Origin: Mytilus trossulus
Taxonomy: Eukaryota
Assembly (NCBI RefSeq): GCF_036588685.1
Contig: NC_086386.1
Coordinates: 21,886,001 to 21,950,000, forward strand
Direction of reading: 5' to 3'
Length of the DNA: 64,000 bases
Below, piece by piece: positions 53,101 to 64,000 of the stretch. Positions within the stretch are counted from its first letter, which is position 1; every line of letters starts with the position of its first letter. The translations under genes were made by a program, and so were the position numbers. The notes under the pieces were generated by a model. It saw nothing but the letters and a program-made list of their open reading frames with translations, was not told the origin of the DNA and searched no databases.

Positions 53101-53504
53101 ATGAGTCTTTGTGAAATGCATCAGGGCATCCCATAAACACATAATCCAAGAGACAATCTACTGTTAACTTAAAACATATCAAAGTCTTTTTTTTTCGTTT
53201 CGTTACTGCAGACAAAAACAATCAAATTTTCAAAGCAGTACATACTGATAATATATATGTTCGTCTTGTCAGTTGTAAACTGACCATGAAAATTAAAAAA
53301 TGGTAAACTGTCCGTTTTCACAAGCTATCAACTGGTTTTAGAACGGTGTACCCTTCTTACTGGCTCACCATATTAGTATTTTCGTAACATGACTGTAAGA
53401 GAATAATTTATCAGTAAAAAAAATATTTACAGCAATTTTCTGATCACATAAATCAATGTGCAACCAACGAATGAGCTACACTTGCAATTTTTTTTAAATA
53501 TAAT

Positions 53505-54180
53505 GAAGGTAGACCTAACGTTCCCTGGATGGAAGGATGTCCACAACAATCAGATAGACCTGGACTTAAATTCATTATTCTGGTTCTAATTAATTTTATT
53601 TTAATATGTCAAAACCTGAAGGTTTTTTATTTTTACTATAATGATCTATGCCCCATGAATATCAATTGCAATCAGTTAATACCTATGATTTATATGTAAG
53701 ATATAAAATCTGTATTATAGTAGAATGAATGCAACTTACAGATACAAATTCATGCATGTTGTTCTAGTTCCTATGTTTCCTGGATGAAACGATGTGAACA
53801 TTGATTAATCAGATAGACTTCAGCAAAATCCCTATTCTCATTTTTTTAATTTTATTTGTGATTCATTAAAAACGTTTTATTTTCAACAAATATGGTCTAT
53901 GTTCCCTGAATGAAAGGTTAACCATATAAACATAATCAGTTGTGGGTAAATTCCCTATTCTAATTGTGATTTATCATCAACTTTAAACAGTATTGATGTT
54001 GGTCTACGCTCCCTGTATGGAACGTTATCCAAATAAAACAATCGGATATTGGCAAAATCCCTTTTCTGAGTGAAATTTATTGAACCAATTGAGGTTCTAG
54101 TGACAATAGGGGTCTACGCTCCCATAAGGACGTTATCCAATTAAAATAATCAGATCTGGTCAAAATACCTATTCTGATTT
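53505..54180 (+). repeat. About six diverged tandem units of 110-130 bp
   Basis: Recurrent GGTCTA(C/T)G(C/T)TCCC...AATCAGAT...CAAAATCCCTATTCT near 53513, 53643, 53770, 53894, 54001 and 54112. Confidence 0.7.
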
Positions 54181-54608
54181 TAATATAGTGATGTGTTTAC
54201 ACAGTCTCGGTACATTCTTCAAATTTGTAAACAATAACTTATCAAAACCGTCCACTTGACCCATTTCGAAGACTGCTCTAAACAGCTAAAATTTCTGTCA
54301 TCGTGGAAGAAGAAATAAAACATGCGTTTATTTTTAAAAACGTAGCACTCACGTAACATGTCCGATTTTTACAGAAAAGTTCTGCCTTTCCTCGGACCGG
54401 ACTTAATGTTTGAAAAATGGCGGCTAAACAGAGGTCAATTTCTAGGTCGTCGTCATGGTCGTAGTTCCAGACTCGTAAGCTGTAAAAATTACGAGACGTG
54501 CATATCAGAAACTTAACAGAAGCGCTGTATTCACATTAAATTAATCGTAAACAATATTCCGAAAACAAATAATGTCTTTTATAAAACATAAGGATTTTCA
54601 ACAGTAAA

Positions 54609-55605
54609 TGTAAGCCAAAAAAGTGTCCCATGAAATTGTGTCCTCTAGAACATTATTTCACAGTTCAGCTATGAAATTTTGTTCATGGGACAAAATATCA
54701 CATTTGTAAACCATAAAATAGTGTCTCCCTTAGTGAAAAATTGTCCCTAGTACTTGCACATAATTTCATGGATGATTTATAAAATTATGTCACAAAGGAC
54801 AATATTTCATAGTGAAGCTTTTTTTTTCTGTCCCTTTAGAAGGGACATAATTTAGAAATCATTTAAATGTTTTAATCAATTAGTTAAATCATAATTGAAA
54901 ATTTAATAAAGACAACACAGATGTGAACAAAAATGGAAAGTGATGAATATAAACAGCTGTATAATTATGTGTCTGATGGTCAATACCCTCCAGAATTTGA
55001 AAATAATGATAGGAGATCATTTAGAAGGAAGACAAAGCAGTTTCAAATTAAAAACAATGAAATGTATTATATACATGTTGACAAAAAAACACAAGAGCAA
55101 AATCATTTTGGTATTTTGTGGATAGTTGTCTCATTGGCAATCATACCACATCTTCTTTTTTATATTAAAACTTGTAATTCATAAGGTCAAATTAAAACAA
55201 GTGTTATATCTATGTCATAATGAGAGTGGATGTCATCTTGGGGTCAACAAGACCTGTTATAAGATATCTGGGAAATATTACTTCCCAAGAATCACAGACA
55301 TTGTAAAGAAATATATATCAGATTCCTATTGCTTATTTAAATACAAATGTCAATTAAGTCTTATTATTTTTTGTTAAATATTTTTTTTGGTATTAGACAA
55401 GACTTTTATGCAATATATACATGATTTCACTATGAAAAAATGTCCAACGAAGGTCACAATAGTATCTCTTGTCAAGGGACACTTTTACATAGAGGTGGAC
55501 AATATTTTATAATAAAAGTATGTCCGGGACCAAATTTTATAGGTCATATCTGTGAAATTTTGTCCATGGGACATAATTTCATGGGGGACACTATTTAATC
55601 CTACA
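54609..55605 (+). mobile_element. Internally deleted Ginger (Gypsy-integrase-related) DNA transposon, 997 bp
   Basis: TGT...ACA termini with long imperfect TIRs and a 4-bp TSD TAAA. ORF remnant MESDEYKQLYNYVSDGQYP...RRSFRRKTKQF...MYY (YPYY motif), then CHNESGCHLGVNKT...KYYFPRITDIVKKYI (integrase zinc-binding domain), split by a repeat fragment at ~55103-55165. The DDE core is absent. Confidence 0.85.
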
Positions 55606-57160
55606 TAAACTGTTAAAAATCCTTGTCGACAAGAAACATGCGTTCTCTTGAACGCAAAAATTAATCTTACTATACCTTACACAGGTAAATTATGAAGTAG
55701 GTGAGTTCCTCTCATGGATGTAATTTTTAATCACCTAGTTAATTGCGATGAGAAAATGTTGTGAAAGCAAACTATATAATATAAATTTTATTTTAAGGTA
55801 AGTATATTTAACCAAATTCATATAAAATCAATGAATACTAGAAAGTTGAAATATTATTACTTGAAATCGTATATGAAATTTACCTTGATTGTACACGCTT
55901 TTGCACTCTAACATTGTTCGTTTTTTTTTATCTTAACTCTAACATATTTCTTGCTAAAATATGACAACTATTCTATTCAAACATTGTTCATTTGATAAAG
56001 TATTGCAAACTCATCTTTCCGTGTATAAATATGTAAAGTTTTAAGTTTTCTGACAAAGATACTAAATCCATTTCTCCTTTCCTTCTATTCATTTCACCTT
56101 TTCTCCAATCACCTTTGAAATATGTATGTAAAATTTCATATCATGCAGACAATTTAACAATTATATGTTAATATAATCTTGTACAGATACATAGTTATTA
56201 AAAGTTTCACTTTGATTTACATTATTTGTTAAATGAATATAAATTCAATACTTAATGTGTGAAATTTAAAGTACTAATTGTCTTCAAGATTAAATATTAA
56301 AGAAGTCAAAAATACCTACTTTACTAAATGATTTCTTAAAATACTAACTCAATTCCAAGTAATATACAGAACGCGATTAGAAGACTCTTTTTACAATATA
56401 TGTTGCAAGATAATAATTGTTGGAGAATAAAATAAAATTCATTTTTTTAGAACTGTTATAGGGTTTCAGACAAAACTTCAGAGCCAAATTCAACTCAATG
56501 TAAAACTAAAATAAAATTATGAAACACGGAGAAAATTATGTATATATTCATTTAAATCTAAATTAATTTTACAGTTTGCTAAACTGTGTTTCAGACACAA
56601 ATCTACAACAATTAAGTGTTGTTGCAAAAAATTTTAACAGCATATATCCTGTCATTGAAATAACATTACTTCCTCTGATTGATTAATCTATGTTTAAAAA
56701 ATAAGGTTAATTGTCTCATTAATTACACCCCAGCTCTATTGTTATACTTCATAGTTTCTATTTTTGAAACACGAGTAAATTGAATAGATCTATTGTTAAG
56801 AATAACAATGGATTTTGACCACAGGCTGTGACAAGCGGGGTTTCTGGAAACCCCTGCTTCTACATCCCGCAAACAAAGTCCATTGTTATTCGTAACAATA
56901 GAAATTGATTATTCTTTAAATAGCATGAACACAAGAAATTACCTACAGTGTTAACTACAAATTTTGTCAAGATATTAAAAAAAAAACATTTAAGGAAATT
57001 CCAATAGCGAAAATAAATTCAGCATTTATTTTGAATTAAAAAAAATTCTTCAATTACTCCTTTGCTGAAAGTAATATTTATTTATCCCAGTCGTATGTTT
57101 CTATTATAAAAAAAAAAGGGTGATTCTAACACTCGACCCCCCCCCCCCCCCCCCGTTATC

Positions 57161-57283
57161 CAGTGGCCGATCCGGGGTAGGGGCTCCGCGGGTTGGACCA
57201 GATTTAAAAGATCAATGTATTTAACTTATTTGAACCCCCGCACCTTTCTTTTGAGTTGGAAACCCCAGCTGGATCAGCCCCTC
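57161..57283. mobile_element. Short degenerate MITE (CAGTGGC(C)GATCC...GGATC(A)GCCCCT)
   Basis: Imperfect terminal inverted repeats; no clear TSD. Confidence 0.45.
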
Positions 57284-58324
57284 TTCCGCAAAAAAGGGAG
57301 TTACGCAATATTAAATCTGTATCTTTGTATTCTGAGCATGCCTGGAAGTCGGGTTTCTATTGCAGACACACTTATCCCTTTGAAGGTCCGAATATGAATG
57401 TTTATTCATTCTCGAGAAGAGGGGGGCTTTTTCCCCCATAAAACAGTAAGATAGAAAATATAGTTATGATTACCTTTATTAAACTGATACAGGTAAGTAC
57501 TTTGGGTTATAATATTGCCTTTATCTTTAAAATTAGTCTCATCTTCCAAATCCAACGCTTACTAAGAAATGTCGTCCGTCTCATACCCTTCCATATTGAC
57601 ATTTGCATACAAGGAGCATGACGTATTTTTTGTTTTTAATATGAATGCACGATACGGTCAACCTTGACCTGCTGATCCATATCAACCCAAGGATTTATTT
57701 GGAATATGAAAAACAACCTTGACATTGGTAAAACATACTCACTTGTCAAAGTGTGAACGAAGATAACAAAAAAAGGTTACTAGTGGGTTTTCATGTAATA
57801 ACAAAAAAATCTTATAAATAATGGTTTGATAGTGTCAATAAAATATATGCTATCGTTTTTTTTTCATTTTATAATTAATGTTAACAATATAGAGTTTAGA
57901 ATGGGGTGTAAGTTAGTTATACACCTCGGGATACGGCATGTCTGGATAAGAAACCCCTACGGCCTCCGGCCGACGGGGTTTCTTATCCAGACATACCTTT
58001 CCCTCGGTGTATAACTATTACATATTTCTTTCCGTAGTTTTACCTGGTTTATAATCTACCACGAAAAAAGAAAAGGTAAAAAACTGGTAAAAAAATACTG
58101 TCATATTTACTAAACGATTTAAACTATATATTATAAATTTTAACATATAAAATAAAATTTGACAATATTACACAATTAGTATGCTCAACCTAGCATGGGC
58201 ATATTCTTTCAAAAAAAATAAAAAAACACATGTTTTAACTTTTTTTTTAAATGGATTGATTTATATTAGAATATACTAAAAGTTTTTAAAATAGTTATCA
58301 AAGGTACTAGGATTATAATTTTGT

Positions 58325-58368
58325 ACGCCAGACGCGCGTTTCGTCTTCATAAGACTCATCAGTGACGC
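58325..58368 (-). ncRNA. Intact minimal type I hammerhead ribozyme motif within an interspersed repeat (58295-58500)
   Basis: Minus strand reads GCGTCA-CTGATGA-GTCTT atg AAGAC-GAAA-C gcgc G-TC-TGGCGT: full core, stem I with GU pairs, 5-bp stem II, palindromic stem III ACGCGCGT and a GUC cleavage triplet. Confidence 0.85.
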
Positions 58369-60483
58369 TTATATCAAAATATTTATAAAGCCAAACTAGT
58401 ACAAAGTTGAAGAGCATTGAGGATCCTAAATTCATAAAAGTTGTGCCAAATACATCTTAGGTAATCTTAGAAAATCCTTAGTTTTTCAAAAAATTCTTAT
58501 AAAATCATATAAAGTGAGACAAAAGTTATTCAGATTAGAAAGATACTGAGGTTTTTCGCATTAAAATAATAAATTTAAAACAATCGTCTCAAACATTGTA
58601 TGACTTTATTTGGTTGAACATAGAGTTAGCCATGTATTAACATTGGGTATACTCTTTTAAAACCTGACGAATACACGTATAAGTAATGAATCCTAGATAG
58701 TGTCGAAGTTAATAGTTCCTTTTTTTAAATTTTGTACAAATTACTAGGTATGAAACTTATACTAAATTTACAGTGTTTGTGCACGCATTAGCGCTCTAGT
58801 CTATGTTTAACCGGAAATGTTTTGGCTTTATTTCTATGTTACCTTGATATTCAAAAGAAGAATAAAGAAGAGCCACCTCCTTTACGAAAGCTTCATCTAT
58901 GGATGATAAAAAGGCATTTAAAAGATATCACTCCAAACGTTGGCATGCAAAAACTCCGGATCTTCACCTATAATATTTAGAGCATAATCACTTTGAAATA
59001 ACTTGTGTTGATACTTTTTAAATGGGTTGATCAGGTTTGTTCGGGTTTTTTTTAGGGGCGGGTGCCTTATCGTCGGTTTTTGGTTTTTTTTGCTAGTTTT
59101 TCAAATTTCTCTTCGATCTTAGTTTTGAATGTCCTTTGGTATCGTCTGTCGCTTGATTTCTTTAAAAATATCTTAATCGTCATTGAATGATCAGACACAA
59201 TCACTCAAAATGGACCTTCGTACTTGTTAATATTAACTTGAATTTGACAGGTCGTGGGAAATAAAATTCGATGAATAGTTGAACGCGAAAGGGTTAACAA
59301 TGTAAAATGTGTGTTACATAGAACTAGATATACATAGTATGCCATTTTTATGCACTTACAGATGATTTATGTGCTGCAGCATCAAAGATATTTATTGTGA
59401 CATCAATTTAAATCTAAACCAATGAATCAAGTTGGCAAGTCAGCTGCATTCACTTGGGTCCTAATATGACTCATATGCATGCAAATTAACATGATCTACA
59501 TCTTATATGTAAAGAACTTCAAGTTTCCTTGTAAACTTATCAATCCTTAAAATAAACTTATTATAAAAGGTTACCAATTCAACACTGTAATACTATCATT
59601 GAATATTGCTTTATTTGTATCAATATTGTTTTATCCGTTAATTAAAAATAAACTAAATATTATTGTTATATACATATTCACATTCATGGATTTACAATCT
59701 TTCGATACCTGTATCTTGGCTTTGCACAAAGTCGTGTTTTTCTCTGACTGTTTATGAAGTCTTTACTCTAACTCCATTGCATGTGTACTGATTGATAAGA
59801 CAGTCTTAGATGCATGATTTCTTTTATTAGTTGTAAGTGGTTTTGAACTAGCTGTCAGTGACTGCGAGTACTGTCATTTGTTGTTGGGATATACAGGTAG
59901 CCGGCTACGTCCACTATATGTGTTTTGTTAGATGTATTTCTATTTGTATCCATCTGATGGGTTAAGCCTTTTTTAACTGATTTTTAAAGTTCGTTCTTAT
60001 GTTGTTCTGTTACACTACTGCCACATGTAAGGGGAGGGTTGGGATCCGCATACTTGTTTAACACCGTTCAAAGTCAGGAGCCTGTAGTTCAGTGGTTGTC
60101 GTTTGTTGTGTTACATATTTGTTTTTCGTTCATCTTTTGTACATTACTTAGGCCATTATTTTTCTCCCTTGAATTGTTTTACATTTGTCATTTCGGGGCC
60201 TTTTGTAGCAGACTATGCGGTATGGACTTTGCGCATTGCTTAAGGCCGTATGGTGACCTATAGTTGTTAAATTTTGTTTCATTTGGTCTCTTGTGGAGAG
60301 TTGTCCCATTGGCAATCATACCACATCTTCTTTTTTATATTGATGAGGTTTGATGTACAACTTTACTTCACTCAACATTTTTTAACTTTTTGAACAGAGT
60401 TTAATTTGTGGAACATTTCGATAAAAAGCAACAAAAAATAAACTGAGATATATTGCACCTGTCGGCAGACAAATTTAAAAACA

Positions 60484-60752
60484 ACAAGAATATGTTCATT
60501 CTACACAGACGCCCTATCCGCATTATCATTTTCTATGTTCAGTGGACCGTGAAAATAGGGTAAAATCTCTAATTTGGCATTAAAACTAGGATAATTCATG
60601 TGTACTAAGTTTCAAGTTGATTGGAGTTTAATTTCATCCAGAACTACCTCGACAGAAAACTTTGACCTGAAGCGGGACAGACTGTCGGACGAACGAACGA
60701 ATGGACGGACGAACAGAGCAGAAAACATAATGCCCATAATTGGGGCATAAAA
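60484..60752 (+). mobile_element. HINE-like element with a GAAC/GGAC microsatellite and 3' hairpin
   Basis: AACAAGAA start, ATGCCC-ATAATTG-GGGCAT hairpin, then an A-run; homologous to 49766-50174. Confidence 0.65.
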
Positions 60753-61789
60753 AAACAATCTGATCATCAGCAACATACTTCCTGATTAATTAGAATAAGA
60801 AGTGCTTATCAAAAATTCAAAATTGCTTATAAAATTCATAACTCACCTGACCATGACCTCGGTGGTAGTGCCTCGAAATTCGACCAGCAAAAGTGTAAGT
60901 AGTTTGTGATTAGATTTATCGATTTTGTGACTTTCTTTCTCTCAAATTTTCTTAGGGGAAATGTCCACAGAAAGAGGTCGCTTTCAGGACCTGTACCATT
61001 GTCTAAAGACCCGATTGCTGAGCGAAAACGATGTGCACGTAGCAAAATTTCAAGATACATAAATTACATTTTGGAGTTTGAGTTTTAATGATCGAGGGAC
61101 GAGTGACGCATTGTGCGCCCTATGTTGCAATCATAACAATATAAGTGAGAGGAGAACTACAATGTAGATAATTGATAAAGCATTCAACATGTTTAATGTT
61201 ATCAAATTATAAAATATTTTTCATTTTCTGTTTCAAATCTAGCTAACAGATTTCCACAGGCCATACATAGGAGATGGAAATATCACGGAACTGTTGGATC
61301 AGTTCTCATAGTAACAGCTGTCTTCTGATGAACTAGCAACATATATAGTTTGTTGGGAGAAACGGAAACGATAATAGATGACATTTTAGATGACACTCTT
61401 TCAAAAGCTTGATAAGGTATTTTAGTTCAGCCAAATATCAATTCTGACTGTGAGATCGCATTTTCAATTATAAAGAAATTTACACTGAATCCTGATCAGA
61501 ACTCGATAATGATATAGTGTGTGCCTTTGCTTGTTATCAAGTAAATGTAACCAAACTGGCAGTTTTTTTTATATGTGCCAAGTGGTGTTGCTTTAAAAGC
61601 AACAAAACAGTTTAATGTAGAATATTATTTTTTAAATACTAATTTGTATAATGTAAAATTATGAAAAATGTTCATATTAAAAAGTCCGCATTTACGTCAC
61701 ACGTTTTCACACGCTATTTGACATGTAATGTAATGTCATGGCATGATTTCTCATTGTCAGAGGTTGACAAGTATGCCTCGAATTTGTCA

Positions 61790-64000
61790 TCATTACCTTA
61801 ATACATCCTGTTGAAAAGGTGCGTAATTCCGTCTTCAAGTGAATCCTCCTTCCTCGGCTGTTTCCGCGCTGTCCACTACAACCTCCAAAGATGCGCCGAC
61901 TGGGATGATCAAGTCCCAACCAGAAACCACATGGCTGTCCATCCCTGCCTCTTCACTTTACTGCTTCAACTGCTCAGACCTTTTCCTCCAGAACCACATT
62001 GATAATGTCTCTGCTTCTTTGCACAAGTAACCAATCAGCTTACTTCCTTCCCCTCCAAAAACAATACCAAGTGCTCTTAATGCCTTCCACATAGACTGTC
62101 CAACAAACCCTCTGCTTCCCACTTCCACTGGAAATAACCAAACCTTCTATCCATTGTCTCTGCATTCTGCAATAGGTCTTGATACTTAAATTTCTTTCTT
62201 TCGTTGGCATCTTCTATACGTTCTTCCATTGCACAGTTAGTTCCAATATATAGGATTGCCTGTTTTGTTAAAGCTGACCAAATGACGATGTCAGGTCTCT
62301 GGTTTTGTTACTGCAATCTGTGGTGGGAATTGTAACTTCTGCTTCAGATCAACCAACATTTGCCAATCAGTTACTGTTCCCAGTAAACCGCTTCCTTCCG
62401 CACTCTTCTTCTGTCCTTTCTCTCCTACCTTAACAAAATTGACAAATGTAAGGCCTTTCTTGTTCTTTCTTGGCTTCCTGATGTTTCTCTCTAGGGTGTC
62501 TGCTAATGTCCCAAATACCATGTCGTATCGCCATGTGTTCCTCCCGTCTTTCAAAGCACTCGAGCATGAAGATAGTATATGCTCCAAGTTGGCTGGCTTA
62601 CTGCAAAGGACACACTTTGGGTCATCTATCAATCCCCATGTTGTTAGATTGTTGGGCTTGGCAATACATCATATACTGACTTCAGCTTGAATTGCAACCT
62701 ATATGGCTCCATCTTCCAGATCTCATTCCATCCCGACTTCAGCTGCCTTGCTCCTTCCCAGTTGAACCAGCTTTCTTGTTTCTTCATACTCACTGCCTTT
62801 ACCATTCTACTATATTCTTCCATTGATCGTACCTCTTTCTGTACAAGGTGTCTTCTTTCTTCCACTGTTGCTGATCTCCATTTAGCTGTAGGTGTTACAT
62901 CCAGCCCCTGTCTTCCAACTAACTCTGCCAACTATATCACTGTTTTTATTGTGACTTAGCATCTTCTATTGTCTTCTTTGTCGACCGCTTTCTTCCTGTT
63001 CTTGTTTCTACTATTGCTGACCGTACTTTCTCATCCTAAACTGTATAGTTCCACACTGCTTAAAATACGTGGTACTTCAAGCCATCTACGTAAGTAACCG
63101 TTTGAAATTCTTTCCATTCTCTCTACCGTTGTTATTGGTACAGCATACACAAGAAGTGGCCACAGCAGCCGAGGCATTATCCCATGCTGGTAAATCCATG
63201 TCTTGTATTTCCGTGGTAATCCGCTATTATCTACTGCCTTAAACCAGTAATCCAACTGCTTATGTGTATCTTCCACATTGAACTTATCTGACAAAGTGTT
63301 GTTTAACCATTTGCCAAGGCAATTAACTGGCTTCTCTGAGACTGTTCTCGTCTCCTATTTTAGACCTTTCCTCCTTAACTTTACCATTCTTTACCACCAC
63401 ACTTCTGGATTTGCTTGGCTTCACTTTCATTCTTGCCTAGGTAATTATCTTATCAAGCTCTTGTAGTGTCAATCTGGCTTCAATCACTGTCTTTGTGCTT
63501 ATTGTCATGCAATCCATTAATGCCCTTCCTGGTGGTTGCCGTACTGCTGAATTTATCCATGGCCCCCTGCTCTTTTCTCTACTGACTTCACAATCCTAAT
63601 CATTGCTGCTGAGAAAATGATGACAGATATCGTGCATTTTGTCACTATTCCCACTTCTAAACGTTGCCATGATGTTGTATAATCTCCAACTTTAAATGGC
63701 TGAAGTATTCTTTTATCAGCTCTCGTATCCCGTCAGGTACATGGTATCGTTCCAGCATCAACTCAACTAACTTCTGTGGTACTGTCCCATATGCATTCGC
63801 TAAATCCAACCAGACGACTGAGAGCTCTCCCGTTGAATCTTTCGCTTCTCGGATTATCTGTGATAATACGCTTGTGTGTTCAATACAGCCTGATACACCT
63901 GGTACGCCTCCTGTCTCAGCATGTAGTTTGCCATCCTTTTGGCAACAATAGCAAGAAATATCTTTCCTTCCACATTTAACAGTGAGATTGTTCTAAACTG
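61790..64000 (-). mobile_element. Decayed RLE-type non-LTR retrotransposon (HERO-like), continuing beyond the window
   Basis: Minus-strand fragments: VVWLDLANAYGTVP, WQRLEVGIVTKCTISV and RALMDCMT (RT); CVLC...HILSSC (CCHC finger); RPDIVIWS...ELTV...EERIEDANERKKFKY (restriction-like endonuclease). Many frameshifts. Confidence 0.88.

Noticed and set aside
53505-54180. CRISPR-like repeat-spacer array
   Set aside because: Units are diverged along their whole length, there are no identical repeats with unique spacers, no cas genes, and the context is eukaryotic.

Overview
AT-rich, intron-containing animal genomic DNA. The repeat families present suggest a bivalve, probably Mytilus (inference). 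The core of the window is a cluster of four paralogous genes for small single-pass membrane proteins, which the ORF track shows only as fragments. Gene A (- strand, 2061-7568), gene B (-, 15292-27600) and gene C (+, 36593/37173-41054) can each be spliced by hand into five exons with GT-AG introns and the same intron phases (1-2-2-1). Gene D (+, ~47748-49690) is a pseudogene. The architecture is signal peptide / six-Cys ectodomain / stalk / TM helix with Cys and basic residues / tail with repeated PPAYxxI motifs, i.e. Shisa/WBP1/VOPP1-like adaptors. The ectodomains are highly divergent and the PY-motif number varies (2, 2, 1, 0). B and C lie head-to-head across a ~9.4 kb inverted duplication that placed a copy of B's upstream region and signal-peptide exon in front of C; a decayed Crypton tyrosine-recombinase transposon later inserted there. 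The rest is mobile DNA: Penelope-like RT relics, repeats carrying minimal type I hammerhead ribozymes, tRNA-derived SINEs, MITEs, a Ginger derivative, a HERO-like non-LTR element and several long hairpins. All alignments and identity figures are by eye.
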